A stretch of 64,000 nucleotides of DNA from Camelus dromedarius (taxonomy: Eukaryota): positions 84,632,001 to 84,696,000 of the forward strand of contig NC_087437.1 of assembly GCF_036321535.1 (NCBI RefSeq), written 5' to 3'. Positions 13,452 to 27,636 of the stretch are shown here, piece after piece (within the stretch, counting starts at the first letter, position 1; every line of letters begins with the position of its first letter). Both the position numbers and the translations under genes were made by a program. A model generated the notes under the pieces. The model was not told where the DNA came from, ran no database searches, and worked only from the letters and a program-made list of their open reading frames with translations.

Positions 13452-14520
13452 CATGTCTTGGCTATTGTAAATAGTGTTACTATGAACATTGGGATGCATG
13501 TATTTTTATGAGTTAGAATTTTCTCCAGATATATGCCCAGGAGTGGGATTGCTGGATCATAGGGTAAGTCTATTTTTAGCTTTTTAAGGAATCTCCATAC
13601 CATTTTCCATAAAGGCTGCACCAAATTACATTGCCACCAACAGTGTAGGAGGGTTCCCTTTTCTCCACAGCCACTCCAGCATTTATTGTTTGTGGACTCT
13701 TTAATTATGGTTTTTTGACAGGTTTGAGGTGATACCTCATTGTAATTTTGATTTGCATTTCTTAATAATTAGTGATATTGAGCAATTTTTCATGTGCCTT
13801 TTGTCCATCTCCATGTCTTCATTGGAGAGATGCCCCCTAGGTCTTCTGCCTATTATTTGATTGGGTTGTTTGTTTTTTTGTTGTTGTTGATATTGAGTTA
13901 TATGAGCTGTTTGTATATTCTGGACATTAAGCCCTTGTCAGAAGCATCATTTGCAAATATTTTCTCTCCGTTTATAGGTTGTCTTTTCATTTTGTTTATG
14001 GTTTCCTTTGCAGTGCAAAAGCTTATAACTTTAATTAGGTACCATTTACTTATTTTTTCTTTTATTTCTATTGCCTCAGTAGACTGACCTACAAAAACAT
14101 TGTTGTAATTTTTGTCAGAGAATGTTTTGCCTTGGTTTTCTTCTCAAGGATTTATGATGTCCTGTCTTATGTTTTAAGTCTTTAAGCTATTTTGAATTTA
14201 TTTTTATGTATGGTGTGAGGGAGTGTTCTAACTTCATTGATTTACATACAGCTCTGTCCAGGTTTCCCAACATCACTTACCAGACTGTCTTTTCTCCATT
14301 GTATATTTTTGCCTCCTTGTTGAAGATTAATTAACTGTAGGTCTGTGGATTTTATTTCTGGGTTCTCTGTTCTGTTCCATTGGTCCATATGTCTGTTTTT
14401 GTGCCAGTACCATCTGTTTTAATTACTGTAGCTTTGTAGTATTGTCTGAAGTTTGGGAGGATTATGCCTCCAGCTTTGTTATTTTCTTCATTATTAATTT
14501 TGCAATTCTGGGTCTTTTGT
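13452..14520 (-). mobile_element. L1 ORF2 C-terminal fragment, truncated at both ends
   Basis: ORF track 13352-13624 reads [31 protein letters not shown] and 14352-14564 reads KAGGIILPNFRQYYKATVIKT. No 3'UTR or polyA is present. Confidence 0.92.
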
Positions 14521-14959
14521 GAAGAAAGTATATTTTGTTTCTGCATCTCTCTATGAGGGAGCAAGGCAGTGGATTAAAACATCTGCTTTAGATAACTGAA
14601 AACCAAACAAAAAGGTACAAAACAATTCTTTTCATATATAAGACAATACACAGCACAGAACAGTGATGCATGAGATAAAGGAAACAAACAGAGTGAATCC
14701 TACTTGCATCTAGGCTGCACAACAGCAATGGGAAACTCAGAGAGTCTGGCAATCTTGTTGAGTTGAGGAGGCATCCATGACTTTGGAGAAGGAAAGGAAG
14801 CTAAAATCTGTGAGGTAAAATATTGAAGATGATGTCATTGCATATTATAGAGAGTCCTAGAAAACTTCATTGTGGGAGTTGATTGGCTCCTATGTGAGAG
14901 TAAAGGAGCAGGCCCATGAGAAGAATCACCAGAAAAGAGAAAGTGGACTAATCCCTAGA

Positions 14960-17585
14960 CAAATTGAAGCATAAGAAGAAAGGAAGACACAGATTTCTAA
15001 TCTCAGGAATGAAAGAGACACCATCACTAATGACTCTATATATATGAAAATGATAATCAGAAAATACTATTCAACTCATTACAAAAAGTTCAATAAATTG
15101 AATCAAATGGACAAATTTCATGAAAAACACAGACTACTAAAGCTCACTCATGAAAAATTTGATAATCTCAATAGTTCTACATCTATTAAAGTTGAATTCA
15201 TGTTTAAAATATGTCTCACATAAAAAATTCAGACCTTGGTGGCCTCACTGACCAGTTCTCTCAGACATTTGATGAAGAAATACTACTTACTATAAAATTA
15301 TTGCAAAAAATTTAAGAAAGAGGAAGCAGTTATAAACTCATTTTTGAGGACAAGATTACCTCTGAATTTAAAACCTGTCAGTGATGATACATAGTAAAAC
15401 AAAACAAAACAAAACAAAACTATGGGCCAATACCATTCATAAATAAAGGTACCTAAATTCTTAATATTTCACTAAATCGCATCCAGTAAAACAAAATTGG
15501 TAATCAATCATGACCATTTACAGCTTTTATCCTAGGAATTAAAAAATTCAACACACATTTATAATGAAACTCTCAGACATCTATTAATAAAAGAGAAATT
15601 CCTCAGTCTCATTAACACCATTTACAGGATTTCTGCAACATCATACAAAATTCTTTCTCCTAAAATCAAGAAGGCAATAGTGCTGCTCTCACAACTTATA
15701 TTCAAAATTTTACTGAAAATTCTAGTCAGAACAATGAAACAGATTTGAAAAGTACAACTCATACAGCTTAGAAAGGAGGAAGTGAAAATCCTATGAAATC
15801 TACAGAATAGCTAATAGAAATAATAGTTTAACAACATCACAAAATACAAAGTAACTGTGAAAAACAAATAATTGCATTCTGTTGCTAACAACAAATATTT
15901 GGAAATTAAAGAAAAGGAAATATTTATATAATCATCACAATGTGAAGTATTAGGGATAAATTTTAATTAAAAGATGCTGAATATTTACACTCAAAACTTT
16001 AAAATATGGTTGTGAGAATTCAGAAATATCTAAATTAATGGAGAATTGCATTATGTTAATGAATTAAAGAACTAAAAAAATTTTTTAATGTAATTTTTTT
16101 CTGAATTCAGTATCAAAATTCATTGCAATCCTTATCAAAATTAGAGTAGGCTTTAAATACAAGGTGACAGGATCTTTCCGCTGTTTACATGGCAATGCAA
16201 TGGACTTAAAATATTCAAAACTATTCTGAAAAGAAAAGAAAACAAGTTGTGGGATAATCACCATTGTAATGCTACTATACTTATCAGTCTAGTATTGGTA
16301 GAAAATGGTTACAGTAATATATATGTATAATTGATTTTTGAAAAAAAGTGCTGAGAAAAGAATGATCTTTTCAAGAAATGCTGCTGGAATAACTGGCTTT
16401 CCATACATAAAAATATTAAGCCTCAACTTATATTTCATGCCTCATAATCGTTAAATAGAAAAATCGATCAAGGATCTAAACACAAAATCTAAAAGTATAA
16501 AGTTTCTAGATGAAAACAGGAGAATCTCAAATTGAAAGTTGGTTAGGTAGAAGATGTTTAAAAGTAGCTAGATTTACTGTATAACACAGGGAACTATACC
16601 CAATATCTTATAATAACCTATATGGAAAAGAATCTGCAAAAGAGTGTATATATTTATATATATAACTGAATCACTTTGCCATACACCTTAAACTAACATA
16701 GCATTTTGAATCAATAAGAGTAACTAAAAAAAACTCATAAATGATAAATAAAATGTTGACATTTGAACTTAATTTAAAATTTTAAAAATTTTCACCCTTG
16801 AACAGACATCATTATGACATAGAAAATTCAGATCAATGACTGGGAAAAGTATCTGCTAAATGCTTATTTAATAAAGACCTTTTGTCCAGAATAAAACAAT
16901 GATATATGATTATCCAATTTCCAGAATGGCTAAAACAACAAACAGACAAACCCAAAAAACTCCTGACAGTAGCAAGTATTTTGGTAGATGTAAAACAAAC
17001 AGAACTCTTATATACTTCTGGTGAAATGCAAAATGATAAAGCCACCTTGAAAAATACTCATAAATTAAATACACAGTGATTCTACCCCTGGCTTTTATTC
17101 AAGATAAGTGAAAGTACACATTAAAACAAATATTTGTGCTTCAACTTTCATAGAAGCTTTTTTCATAGTTATTAAATAAAACAATTGGGAAAATCCAGTA
17201 AATATTCTTGAAATATGAATGAATAAACAATTAGTATATTCATAGAAAGGAACACTAATCAGCAATAAAAAATAATTAGCTGAAGATACAGAGAACAATA
17301 TGGATGAATCTCAAAATCATTATGCCAAATGAAATATTAGACACAAAAGAGTATATGTTCTGATTCCACTTACATGAAAATTCTAGAAAAGGCAAGTAGA
17401 AAGTACTCAACAGTTGAAACAGGAGTCTGATCACAAAAATGCAGGCTAAAACTTCAACGGATGATGAAAATGTTCTGTAACCTTGCTTTTTTTTGTTGTT
17501 AGATAAAAAACTGCACAGACTTTTTAAAATTCATCAAATTGCATATTTGCAGTTAATGCAAGTTATTGTATATAAATTTCTCCTC
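14960..17585 (+). mobile_element. Ancient L1M ORF2 plus 3'UTR, heavily degraded
   Basis: Colinear ORF2 motifs (AAATGGACAAATTTC, TCTTTTCAAGAAATGCTGCTGGAATAACTGG) and an old 3'UTR (TGGATGAATCTCAAAATCATTATGC, GATGAAAATGTTCTG). Confidence 0.8.
16571..16715 (+). mobile_element. Short L1 3' end inserted in older L1
   Basis: TACTGTATAACACAGGGAACTATACCCAATATCTT...ACTGAATCACTTTGC...AAACTAACA is a cetartiodactyl L1 terminal motif. Confidence 0.75.
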
Positions 17586-20192
17586 AATTGAGCTGATTAG
17601 GAAAAATGAAAGAACATATCTTTTCCTTTGTTAGATATAGATGCCAGATTATATGAAGTTATTTATATCTAAAAAAGTGATATAAAATATAATATTATGA
17701 ATATACAGGAAATCCTGTAAATCATCAAAAAAGAACTCCAATGGATCATGCATAAAAGAAGTAAATAAGCAGTTTACAGGAGAGGCAACTCAAAAGCATA
17801 ACAATAACATAAGTGGGCATATTAACTTGTTAATATCAAAATAAAAATAGAATATCACTTTATATTTCTTAAACTGGCAAAATTTAGTAATCTAGATATT
17901 GCCAAATAATAGTGGGCATGTGATTTGTGAAGCCATTTTGGGGGTTTATCTCACACTATTCAGTCAAATTAAATACACACATCCAATATTCCTGTGTGTC
18001 TAATCACTACAGACTTATTCCTGTCCTTGTGAGATTATTGACAGTACCCACTTTTATTCTCCAAGTGTCACGATCTAATGATAAATTATTTGGTGACCCT
18101 ATCTATGAATAAGCAATATCACTTCAGCTGTACATCCTGAGGAAATCCTTCACAGGTCCATCAGAGAACATACATTAGTATGTTCTGTTCAAGTTTTTTA
18201 TGTCACCAATTTGAGACTACATTAAGCAGCCACAAACTGTATACAAGCAGTGGGAAAACAGGTAGACAATATAAATACACACAATAGGGTGATCTAGAGG
18301 AACTAAGATTAATGGGCTCTTTACAAACTTAGGAGCATGTGTGGATCTTAAAATATGTAGCTGATTTTTTAAAAAAAAGAAACAAAATGAAGTACATAAT
18401 GTAATATATAAATTTAAAATAAATGCTTGTACAACATTTCAAAGGATGTGTTCAAACTAAAGGATATTCATAAAACATATGAAGATGTTTTCTTGGAGTC
18501 AGGGAAGTTGAAGGAAGAGAGTACAAAAATAATAAAGTTTTGTTAAATTTGGAGAATGATTAAATCAACTCTATCTCTACAGAAGGCCCCCAAACCAAAA
18601 TTCAGTCTGTATCTCTGTATCTATCTGTTTATTTATATTTTCATTTCTGTTGATTTTATCATGTCAGTATAATATAATGGCATCAGTATCCTACAGTGAT
18701 TATGTTACTATAATGAAAAAATAATACAATATCAAGGTGGGATTTTAAACCAAATATTATTAATATAATTTGAAATGTCAGAAGATAAATAATTTTCTGT
18801 GCAAATTATAAAATATATGAGAAAATATTTAACATTTCAATTCCAATCATACTATATACTCACATTGATTTTATGAACCATTTACATCTTTGTAAAAGTA
18901 TTTAGAGTAATAAAAATAGAAAGTACAGCCTCAGATAAAATACTACCACAGAAAAATAGTTCATGTAATGTGCTTTACTGTGTTTGGGTAGATGAAACAC
19001 ACCAACACATACTCTGAAATATGTCAACCATCTTTATAAAATATCTCAAATCCATCTTCTCATTATCTACATATTTTCAGTAAGATCCAAATGAAGTTAA
19101 TAATTGTTGTGTTAACAAAATATTGCATATTTTATAACTGAAGTCTCTCCAGTGATTGAGTCAAAAGAACAAGTTATCTATCTAACTTTGGACAATGCAA
19201 TCAAATTCAACTGGAATTCTCCCAGTAGCTATAGAAATTATTTCCTGATCTAACACCACAGTGAGCAGAGATGTACACCAAGGGCAGATAGAACTCAAAA
19301 TAATGAATTTTGTTCCCTTGGGAGAGCTTTGCTAGACTTATTGACATTAAAGCAGCAATTCATAGAATGCTTTTTCCCAAACTGAGTTTTTATACCGAAA
19401 AGCAATATGATTACAAAGAATGGTCAATTATCTATAAGTCGGGCTTAGTTATCAAGGGCCTCTAATCATTTAAAAATACAAAAGAACTTGAGGCTTTATA
19501 TATTTATTTTTATTCACTCTCATGTCAAGTTTTCTTCTGTGGCTACTGTTCTCTTTTATTTTTGAACTGTTGTATGAATTCCCATACAAGGTGGCTGTTG
19601 ATAATCAATGATCTCTATACTTTCAGATGGTAGAGACATGCTTTTAAAATGTATTACTACAAATTTTATTTGAATAGTTAATATGTCTGCTAATAAATTT
19701 CTCTAGCTATGTCTCCACTGTATAGTTTAACTATATCATAAAATGTGATTTCTACTATATTCTTACATTCAGGTGATGAATTGGTAGATAAGATGTTTTA
19801 TATGCTATTGCCAACATAGTTACTTTAACCAAATGCAAAAATTCTAGTATTAAAAGAATAATTCCAATGATTGAATCGTAATTAGATAGATAGGCAAGAA
19901 ACATCTGTAAAACTGGGACAGCATTAGATTGCTCATACAGATGTAAGCATTACTTTATAATCAGTATTTATCATCATCATACTATTATTTTCTGTGTTTC
20001 TGTAAGTCTTACTGGAATATTTTCTACACATAAAGAACATATGCTCTTATTTGTCTATTTTCAGCTAAGATGTCAATGCAAAAACATTTGCCTAAAATTC
20101 CTTCTGAGAATCCCATGAGAATGACATCAGAATATATATTTGGAAAATATAAGACTAGAAAGACATATCCAATCTAAATTCAAAATTCCTAC

Positions 20193-20698
20193 TGTAACTG
20201 CAGAACCAGCCCAAACTGGCCCTATCCTGTTTCTAAAAAGATGCTGGGTTGTTTTGCAGAGACAATACAGCCTAAGTACGCATACAGGAAAAAAAAAAAT
20301 GACCTAAATAACTCCTAGAACCAAAGTCTCCTCCCCACCCCCACTCCGTGGAACCAGATGACTGGGATGTGACTTGAACCTGAACGTGGAAACCCTTTCA
20401 GAAGTGAAGGGTCCATTGTCCAGGAAGATCTGCCACTGAAGCTCTTTTTATCGTATCTTATAAATGGCGAAGATCCAAAGCCCTCCAATCAAAGCCTGCC
20501 CTGCCAGTGCTTTCACGTAGCAGATCGTCCTCCCTAACGCATAAAAGTTTGACCAAACCTTAGACAGGGGAGACAGATTTGTGCCTTCCCTCCTGTCTCC
20601 TTGCTGGTCAACCTCGCTATAAAGTTCTTTCTTTTCTCAAAAGCTGGTATCATTTTGACTTCTATGTGTGTCAGGCAGCAAGCCATTGCTCAGTAACA
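20193..20698 (+). mobile_element. ERV1-type solo LTR with perfect 4-bp TSD
   Basis: TGTAAC...GTAACA termini, 506 bp, with CTAC on both sides (20189-20192 and 20699-20702). Confidence 0.88.
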
Positions 20699-21749
20699 CT
20701 ACCCTAATATGTGACACATGGCAAGCAATTAATTTGCATTTAACTATTCTTATTCTCATATTATTATTTTGTTGTCATCGATGTCATTGCATATCAGAAG
20801 CTATGAGACATCTCTTTTTAAATTATTGTGAAACAAGGATTCTATAAAACAATATTCAAGCATTATATTCTGATTGCCCATGTATTGTAACAAAGCAATG
20901 GGCTCTGGATATAAAAGAGGAAAAAATGACAGAACCCTCTAATACTTATTAAAACAAGAGTCAGAATACTGCCAAGAGCTTTTGTTTTATAAATGTTGAT
21001 GCCACGATGTTTTTGATTCTGGACTCTTTAAGGCATTTCTGATTACTCATTTTAACTCATTTTAATGATAGTTAACTTTTCTTCATTTAGGATGTTCTTG
21101 TTAATTTCACTAACTGACTATTTTTCAGTTTCACTTAAAATAGGATATAGAGTCTTTATAAATTATCTTCTATTTCCAGAAGAAAATTTTTTCACTGGGG
21201 TTTAGCTGATATTAATTTTTAGGTTGATTCTCATCTATGTACATAGAAGTCGCCAAAAATGGACTGTATCAAAAGGAGTGAGAAAGTGTGCATTAGTGAT
21301 GCAATTTAATGTATATATGTAAGATTAAAGGTTAATGGAAAATTGACTAAAGGAGGTAAATAGGTAAGTAGGTAAGGTAGATATTTTTTTCTCTGATGCA
21401 GATTAGATGTGAACGAGCCAATAGTTTAAAAAAAAGAGAGAGAGTTTTGCTATGGCAAGAGAACATAGAAGAGCTAGAATAAAGACATAACTGCAGGGCC
21501 CTGAAATTTGAAAAAAAAATCTCTGCATCTCTATGTTGGGGTGGCCTCGGCAGCCACAAGTCAAAGATAACAGTGGTGCCATTTATATACTGTTACTTGA
21601 AAAGTGAAGCTTTCTGCAGATCTTTTACTGAATTTACCTGTTTCTGGTTACTCACGTGAATTACAGTGCAGATCCTTAGAATTTTAGGAGGAAAACTTTG
21701 CTATCCTCCTGACATAATTTATGGCTTGTGCTGGTCTCAGTAGGGAGTG

Positions 21750-22900
21750 AATGCTTGACTATGGACCCCCACATTAGCACACAATCTGGGATGCCCATAA
21801 GGAATCGTATTTTGTCTACCACACCAAACCGCAGTGTTGAGTATGCCAGTAGCACTGCATCATCAGACAGATGTTGTTTATGTGAGCTTGAGTTCTAGCA
21901 AGAGTTGAAGGCACAAGATGCCTGAGTTTGTTTCCCAGGATTCCATGGCTCATATTCTTGCTGCATTGACTGTTCCCTCTCACCTGCCTTTATAGATTCA
22001 TGAAGAGTAATGATTCTGAATGATTCATTTATAACACATGAAAGTGGACAGCTAACGCGCTACAGACCCATACTGAGGTGGCCCTGAAGGACAATGATGA
22101 AGCAAAATCCTCCGTAGGGTAGACTGTCAAATAGTATGCAGTTGTTTATTTTTCATGAGATGAGATAGAAACATAGATTTACACTGACAAATACTGTGGC
22201 TAATGGTTTGGCTGAACGGTCAGGTATGTGAAAGGAGCATAATTTAAAAATTAGGAAAAGAGATGGATAGATAGAACTCTCCAAATGGGCACAGAGTAGG
22301 CAGATATTTGTGTCCTGTGTGAATATTTATTAAAGATAAATCTCAGTAGATGAAGATTTTAATAATCAAGTGTATAGGATGAGCCATTCTGTAGATATCA
22401 GTAAGATTTTTTCTGCAGCCACCCATGTCTGTGCTCAATAAGTCTATGAATAAACCTGTCATGGCAACAAATAGAAGAGTATGCACATGGGTTCAACAGC
22501 ATGATCTTCAGATCTCTCAGGTCTGTTTGGCTAGAACAATTGCTGATTATCCAACCTATTACCAGGTGAGACCAACAATTACTTTGCCAATATGGCACAA
22601 GTCTGGCACAAATTGGTGGCAGACTAATTACATAGGAACACTTCCATCATCATAGACTAGACCTTTACGTGATATGGATGTGCCTTCCTTTCACACAGTG
22701 CTTCTGCCCAAACCACCACCTATGGATCTCTAGAATGTCTTACTTATACTCATGGTATTTCACACAGTATTGTTTCTGACTGCAGAACCCATTTTATAGC
22801 AAACAAACTGGCAATCTGCTCCTGTTTATGGATTTCACTGGTCTTATCACGGTCTCTATCATTATAAAGTACCTGGCCTAATAGAACTGCAGAATGACTA
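21750..22900 (+). mobile_element. ERVL internal pol relic (RNase H and integrase)
   Basis: Translatable remnants KWTA (~22040), YTD (~22180), DEDFNNQV (~22350), WVQQH, WWQTNYIGTLPS (ORF 22425-22655) and HGISHSIVSD (22751). They are colinear with ERV-L pol and carry many stops and frameshifts. Confidence 0.88.
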
Positions 22901-22914
22901 TTAATTAAAATAAC

Positions 22915-23850
22915 CCATTTATTGAGAACATGTTAGATTAACAGAAAAATTGCAAAGATAGTGCAGATAGTTCTTGTATATCCCTCACCAGTTTCAGTTA
23001 ACCTAACATTCAGTTAATCTTATGTTCCTTTACTATGGGACACTTGTCAAAATTGAGAAACAAATACTGGTGCATTACTATTAACTGGTCTTGAGACTTT
23101 ATTTGTATTTCATCAGTTTTTCCATTAATATTCTTTTTATTTTCCAGTGTCCAACACATGGTAACACACTACAATCATTTATCTTGTCTCCCTAGTCTCC
23201 TCTGGTCTGTGATAATGTCTCAGTTTTCCTTAAATGTCCTGACCTGGGCACTCACAAGGAGAACTAGTCAGTTATTTTGTAGATTTTCTTTCAGTTGGTC
23301 TTGTCTGATGCTTTTGTCATGATCAGACTGGGTTTTTGATTTTTGTAGTGAATGGAATAGCCTTTTTATTACACCATATCAGGGCACATGGTATCCATAT
23401 GACATTACTGGTGATGATAACCATAGTCAGTGTTAAGATAGTGTTTTCTAGATTTCCCCACTGTAAACTTACTGCTTTTCTCTTCCAATGTGCCACCTTA
23501 AGTTCAGGCTATCCTAAAGAGGGTGGGAACATTGAGGTTCAACTCCTGAAAGAGAGAATATCTACATGTACTATTTGGAATTCTGTAAGAAAGAGTTGTC
23601 TTTTCTCTACCATGTATTCATTTATTCAACATTAAATCATTTATTTCTAATAGTATGAACTCATGTCTATTTTATGTTGTTGGTTATAATCCAGTACTGC
23701 ATTTTTTCTTTTGTCCAAATTACTACAGTTCTGGCCTTGGGAGCTCTTTCATGTTAGCTTCTGGGTTCTTTGACATGCTTTCATCTTTTAATATTTGAAC
23801 ATTTTCTTTCTCATACTACGAGGTGCTCCAAACTCATCTTGTATTTTTGC
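22915..23850 (-). mobile_element. Old L1 (L1MC/MD-like) 3'UTR
   Basis: AGATTAACAGAAAAATTGCAAAGATAGTGCAGATAGTTC... and AGGTGCTCCAAACTCATCTTGTATTTT motifs. Confidence 0.7.
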
Positions 23851-23851
23851 T

Positions 23852-26196
23852 GATCCAGTTCTAGACCACTGCAATAAACAAAGTCAAACAAAATTTTTGG
23901 TTCCCCAGTGTATATGAAAGTTACGTTTATCCTGTACTGTCATCTAATAAATAAGCAGTAGCATTATGTCTAAAAAATGATGTATATACATTAATTAAAA
24001 AGTATACTTTATTGCTAAAAAATGCTAACCATCATCTGAACTTTCAGTGAGTCCTAGTCTTTTTTGCTGGTAGAGAGTCTTGCCTCAACGTTGATGGGTG
24101 CTGACTGATCCAGTTAGTGGTTAAAGGTCAAAGATTAGGGTGGCTGTGGCAATTTCTTAAAATAAAACAATAATAGTATTTGCCACATCAATTGATTCTT
24201 TCTTTTAAGAACCATTTGTTTGTAGCATGCAATGCTGTTTGATAGTATTTTACCGCAGTAGAACCTCTTTCAAATTCAGTCCTCTCGAACTCTGCCTCCT
24301 CTTCATAAACTGTTTTTGTAATATTCCAGATCCTTAGTTGTCATCTCATTAACCCTCACAGAGCCTCGTCAGTAGTAGTTTTCATCTCAAGAAACAAATT
24401 TGCTCACCCATAAGAAGCAGCTCCTTATCTGTTACAGTTCTATCAAGAAATTGCAGCAATTCTGCCACATCTTCAAGCTCCACTTCTGATTCTGGTTCTC
24501 TTGTTATTTCTACCACATCTGCAATGAATTCCTCCAGGGAAATCTTGAACCTCTCAAAATCATCCATGAGGGTTGGAATCGCCTTCTGTCAAACTCCTAT
24601 TTTTGTTGATATTTTGATCTCTTCCCATGAATCATGAATGTTCTTAATAAAATGTCATTGAATTCTTTCCCAAAGGTTTTAATTTTACTTTGCCCTGATC
24701 CATCAGAGGAATCACTATCTATGGCACCTTATGAAATAAATTTGTTAAATAATAATAAGACTTGAAAGTCAAAATTATTCCTTGATCCATGGACAACAGG
24801 ATGGATGTTGTGTTAGTAGGCATGAAACATTAATCTCATATATCTTCATCAGAGCTCTTGGGTGACCAGGTATATTGTTAGTGAACAGTAATTTTTTTTT
24901 AACTTTTTTTTTATTGAGTTATAGTCATTTTACAATGTTGTGTCAAATTCCAGTGTAGAGCACAATTTTTCAGTTATACATGAACATACATATATTCATT
25001 GTAACATTTTTTTTCACTGTGAGCTACCACAAAGATCTTGTATATAGCTCCCTGTGCTACACAGTAATATTGTGAAAGGAATCTTTTTCTCTGAAAAGTA
25101 GTTCTCAACAGTAGGCTTAAAATATTCAGTAAAGCATGTTGAAAACAGATGTGCTGTCATCCAGGCTTTGTTGTCCCATTTATAGAGCAAAGGCAGAGTA
25201 GATTTAGCATAATTCTCAAGGGCCATAGGATTTCTGCAATGATAAATGAGCATTAGCTTCAACTTAAAGTCTTCAGCTACATTAGCCCCTAGCAGGAGAG
25301 TCAGCCTGTTCTTTGAAGCCAGGATTTGATGTTTCTGCAGCTATGAAAGTGCGAGATGCCATCTTCTTTCAATGCAAGGCTGTTTCAACTACATTGAAAA
25401 TCTGTTCTTTAGTGAAGCTGTCTTCATTAATTATCTTAGCTAGGTCTTCTGGATAACTTGCTCCAGATTAGGTATGGCTTAAGGGAATGTTGTGGCTGAC
25501 TTGCTCTTCAATCCAGACCACTAAAATGTTCTCCACGTCAGCAACAAGACTGTTTCACATTCTTCTTTGTGTATTCACTGGAGTAGCACTTTTAATTTCC
25601 TTTAAGAACTTTTTCTTTGCATTCACAGCGTGGCTAACTGTTTGACACAAGTGGCCTGGATTTTGACCTATCTCAGCTTTTGGTATTCCTTCCTCACTAG
25701 CTTAATCATTTGTGGCTTTTGATTTAAAGTGGGAGACTTACAACTCTTCCTTTCACATGAACAGTTAGAGGCCATTGTAGGGTTATTAACTGGCCTAGTT
25801 TCAATACTGTGTGTCTCAGGGAGTAGGGAGGCCTGAGGAGAGGGAGAAAGAAAAGGAACAACTGGTCTGTGGAGCAGTCAGAACACACACAATATTTATC
25901 CATTGAGTTCAGTGACTTACATGGGCAAAATTCATGGCACCCCAAAACAATTGCAATAGTAAGATCAAAGATAACTGGTCACAGATCACCGTAACAAATA
26001 TAATAATAATTAAATTTTTGAAATATTATAAAAATTATCAAAATGTGCCACAGAGACACAACATGAGCAAATGCAGTTGGAAAAATGGCACCAAAAGACT
26101 TGCTCAACATGGGGTTGCCAAAGACCTTCAGTTTGCAAAAAATGCAATGTCTGTGAAACACAATAAAGCAAAACACAATCAAATGAGTTATGCCTG
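23852..26196 (-). mobile_element. Tigger1 DNA transposon (TcMar-Tigger), near full length, with dead pogo-like transposase
   Basis: Minus-strand start CAGGCATAACTC with flanking TA (26197-26198). Transposase remnants [37 protein letters not shown] (25014-25262) and [23 protein letters not shown] (24382-24567). The other TIR is partly lost. Confidence 0.93.
24893..25060 (-). mobile_element. Short L1 3' end inserted in Tigger1
   Basis: poly-T plus TTGAGTTATAGTCATTTTACAATG.... TSD ACAGTAAT at 24885-24892 and 25061-25068. Confidence 0.9.
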
Positions 26197-26329
26197 TAAA
26201 GGAGAGTAACACTGTTTTGGGTTGTGTAACAAATATTTGTACTAATATTATCTGGAACTGAGATTTCATTACTGTTTCTATTTGGAAGTTAAGTATGTTT
26301 CAAAAAATAAATATATAGATGGTTGAAAT

Positions 26330-27050
26330 AATGTAGGCTCTGGAAGATCTGAAATATTTCAACTTCAGTTAAACTAGAACTGCATTTTCCAGACAAACTT
26401 TACTGCGTAGTTCCCGGGTGGAAGGGGCCACAGAAGACATTTTGAGCATCATTTGAAATGTAAAGGATAACCATATTCTTTTTATGCTTGGAAGGCTGGT
26501 GTAGGGTACTGTGTTCTGTTTCAGCTCATGCATATTGTCGCTGATCTGCTGGTTTGCTTGATTGTTGTGGGGCAGCAGTTGATCTTACGGCTCCACCAGT
26601 TTCCATTATTCCTTTAGGTTTCTCAAGTCTTAGGTTAGGGCATACAACTTGGGCAGCAGTATCCAGGCATTCAGCTTCTCCTTGTCCTGGATAGCTTCCT
26701 TCATTTTCCTTGATTCCTGGTTCAGGTGCTCATCTCTGTGGTGATAGCTTCTCCTGAATGTCACCAGCAAAATGAGGATGGAGGCTAGGAGGCAATGAGA
26801 GATTGGCACAGGTTCCAGATCCTCCTTGCATGTTCCATTTGTCCTTGCTCTCCCCTACTTTACATTCACCTTCCCTTCAGAGCCATTTGCTCTGCTGACC
26901 TCAGGCCCAGCACCCAATGAAGAAGCAATGACTGTGTGATCCACATAATCAGCTCCCACATTTTTGTAAGGCTGAATCTCTGTAGTATAAACCCTCTGTT
27001 TTATATCATTTCTCATGAGTGTATTTCTGTGGTCAAATGCTCACTGATAA
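26330..27050 (+). mobile_element. Old ERVL-type LTR
   Basis: GC-richer block ending GTAAGGCTGAATCTCTGTAGTATAAACCCTC...CTCACTGATA, resembling ERVL LTR 3' ends. Subfamily uncertain. Confidence 0.5.
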
Positions 27051-27636
27051 GCTATAAATATGGAATATGAGATTATCTAGTCATCCATGTATTTCCAGCA
27101 GCAATATGAGCCTTCCTCCACCCTCCTACCCCTGCTTCATAGAAGCACTGAACCAGAATAATAGGTATGAGGAAAAGGATATAAATCTATGCTCTCTCAC
27201 TATAAAGCTTGTATCCTTAATCACTGTATTAGAGCCAACAAATATTCTCTTGGTAAATGAGGTAACCATTTGCCAAATAAATTAAGAAATAAATTATGAT
27301 TTATCTACTTAGTTACCCTAATCAGTTAGTATTCCTAAAAGAAAAAATTGCATTTAATGTATCATCTTATAATCTTAATATTAAACAGAGGCAAGCTGTA
27401 TTTTTAACAATGACTATAATTTATTAAGCAAAACTTGAATGGATAGAGAGAAATCTCAAGTTTTGGGATAATTGTTGGAAGACATAAAACTAATCCATAT
27501 ACATCTAATTGCTATATATAACCATGTGAACTATTAACTTCATGTGAGCACAGTTATAATCCTTTTATCAGAATATTTGTTATCATCAATATGGTTTAAA
27601 CTGTCATATTTCTGAGGCACCCATGAGTGTCTGCAA

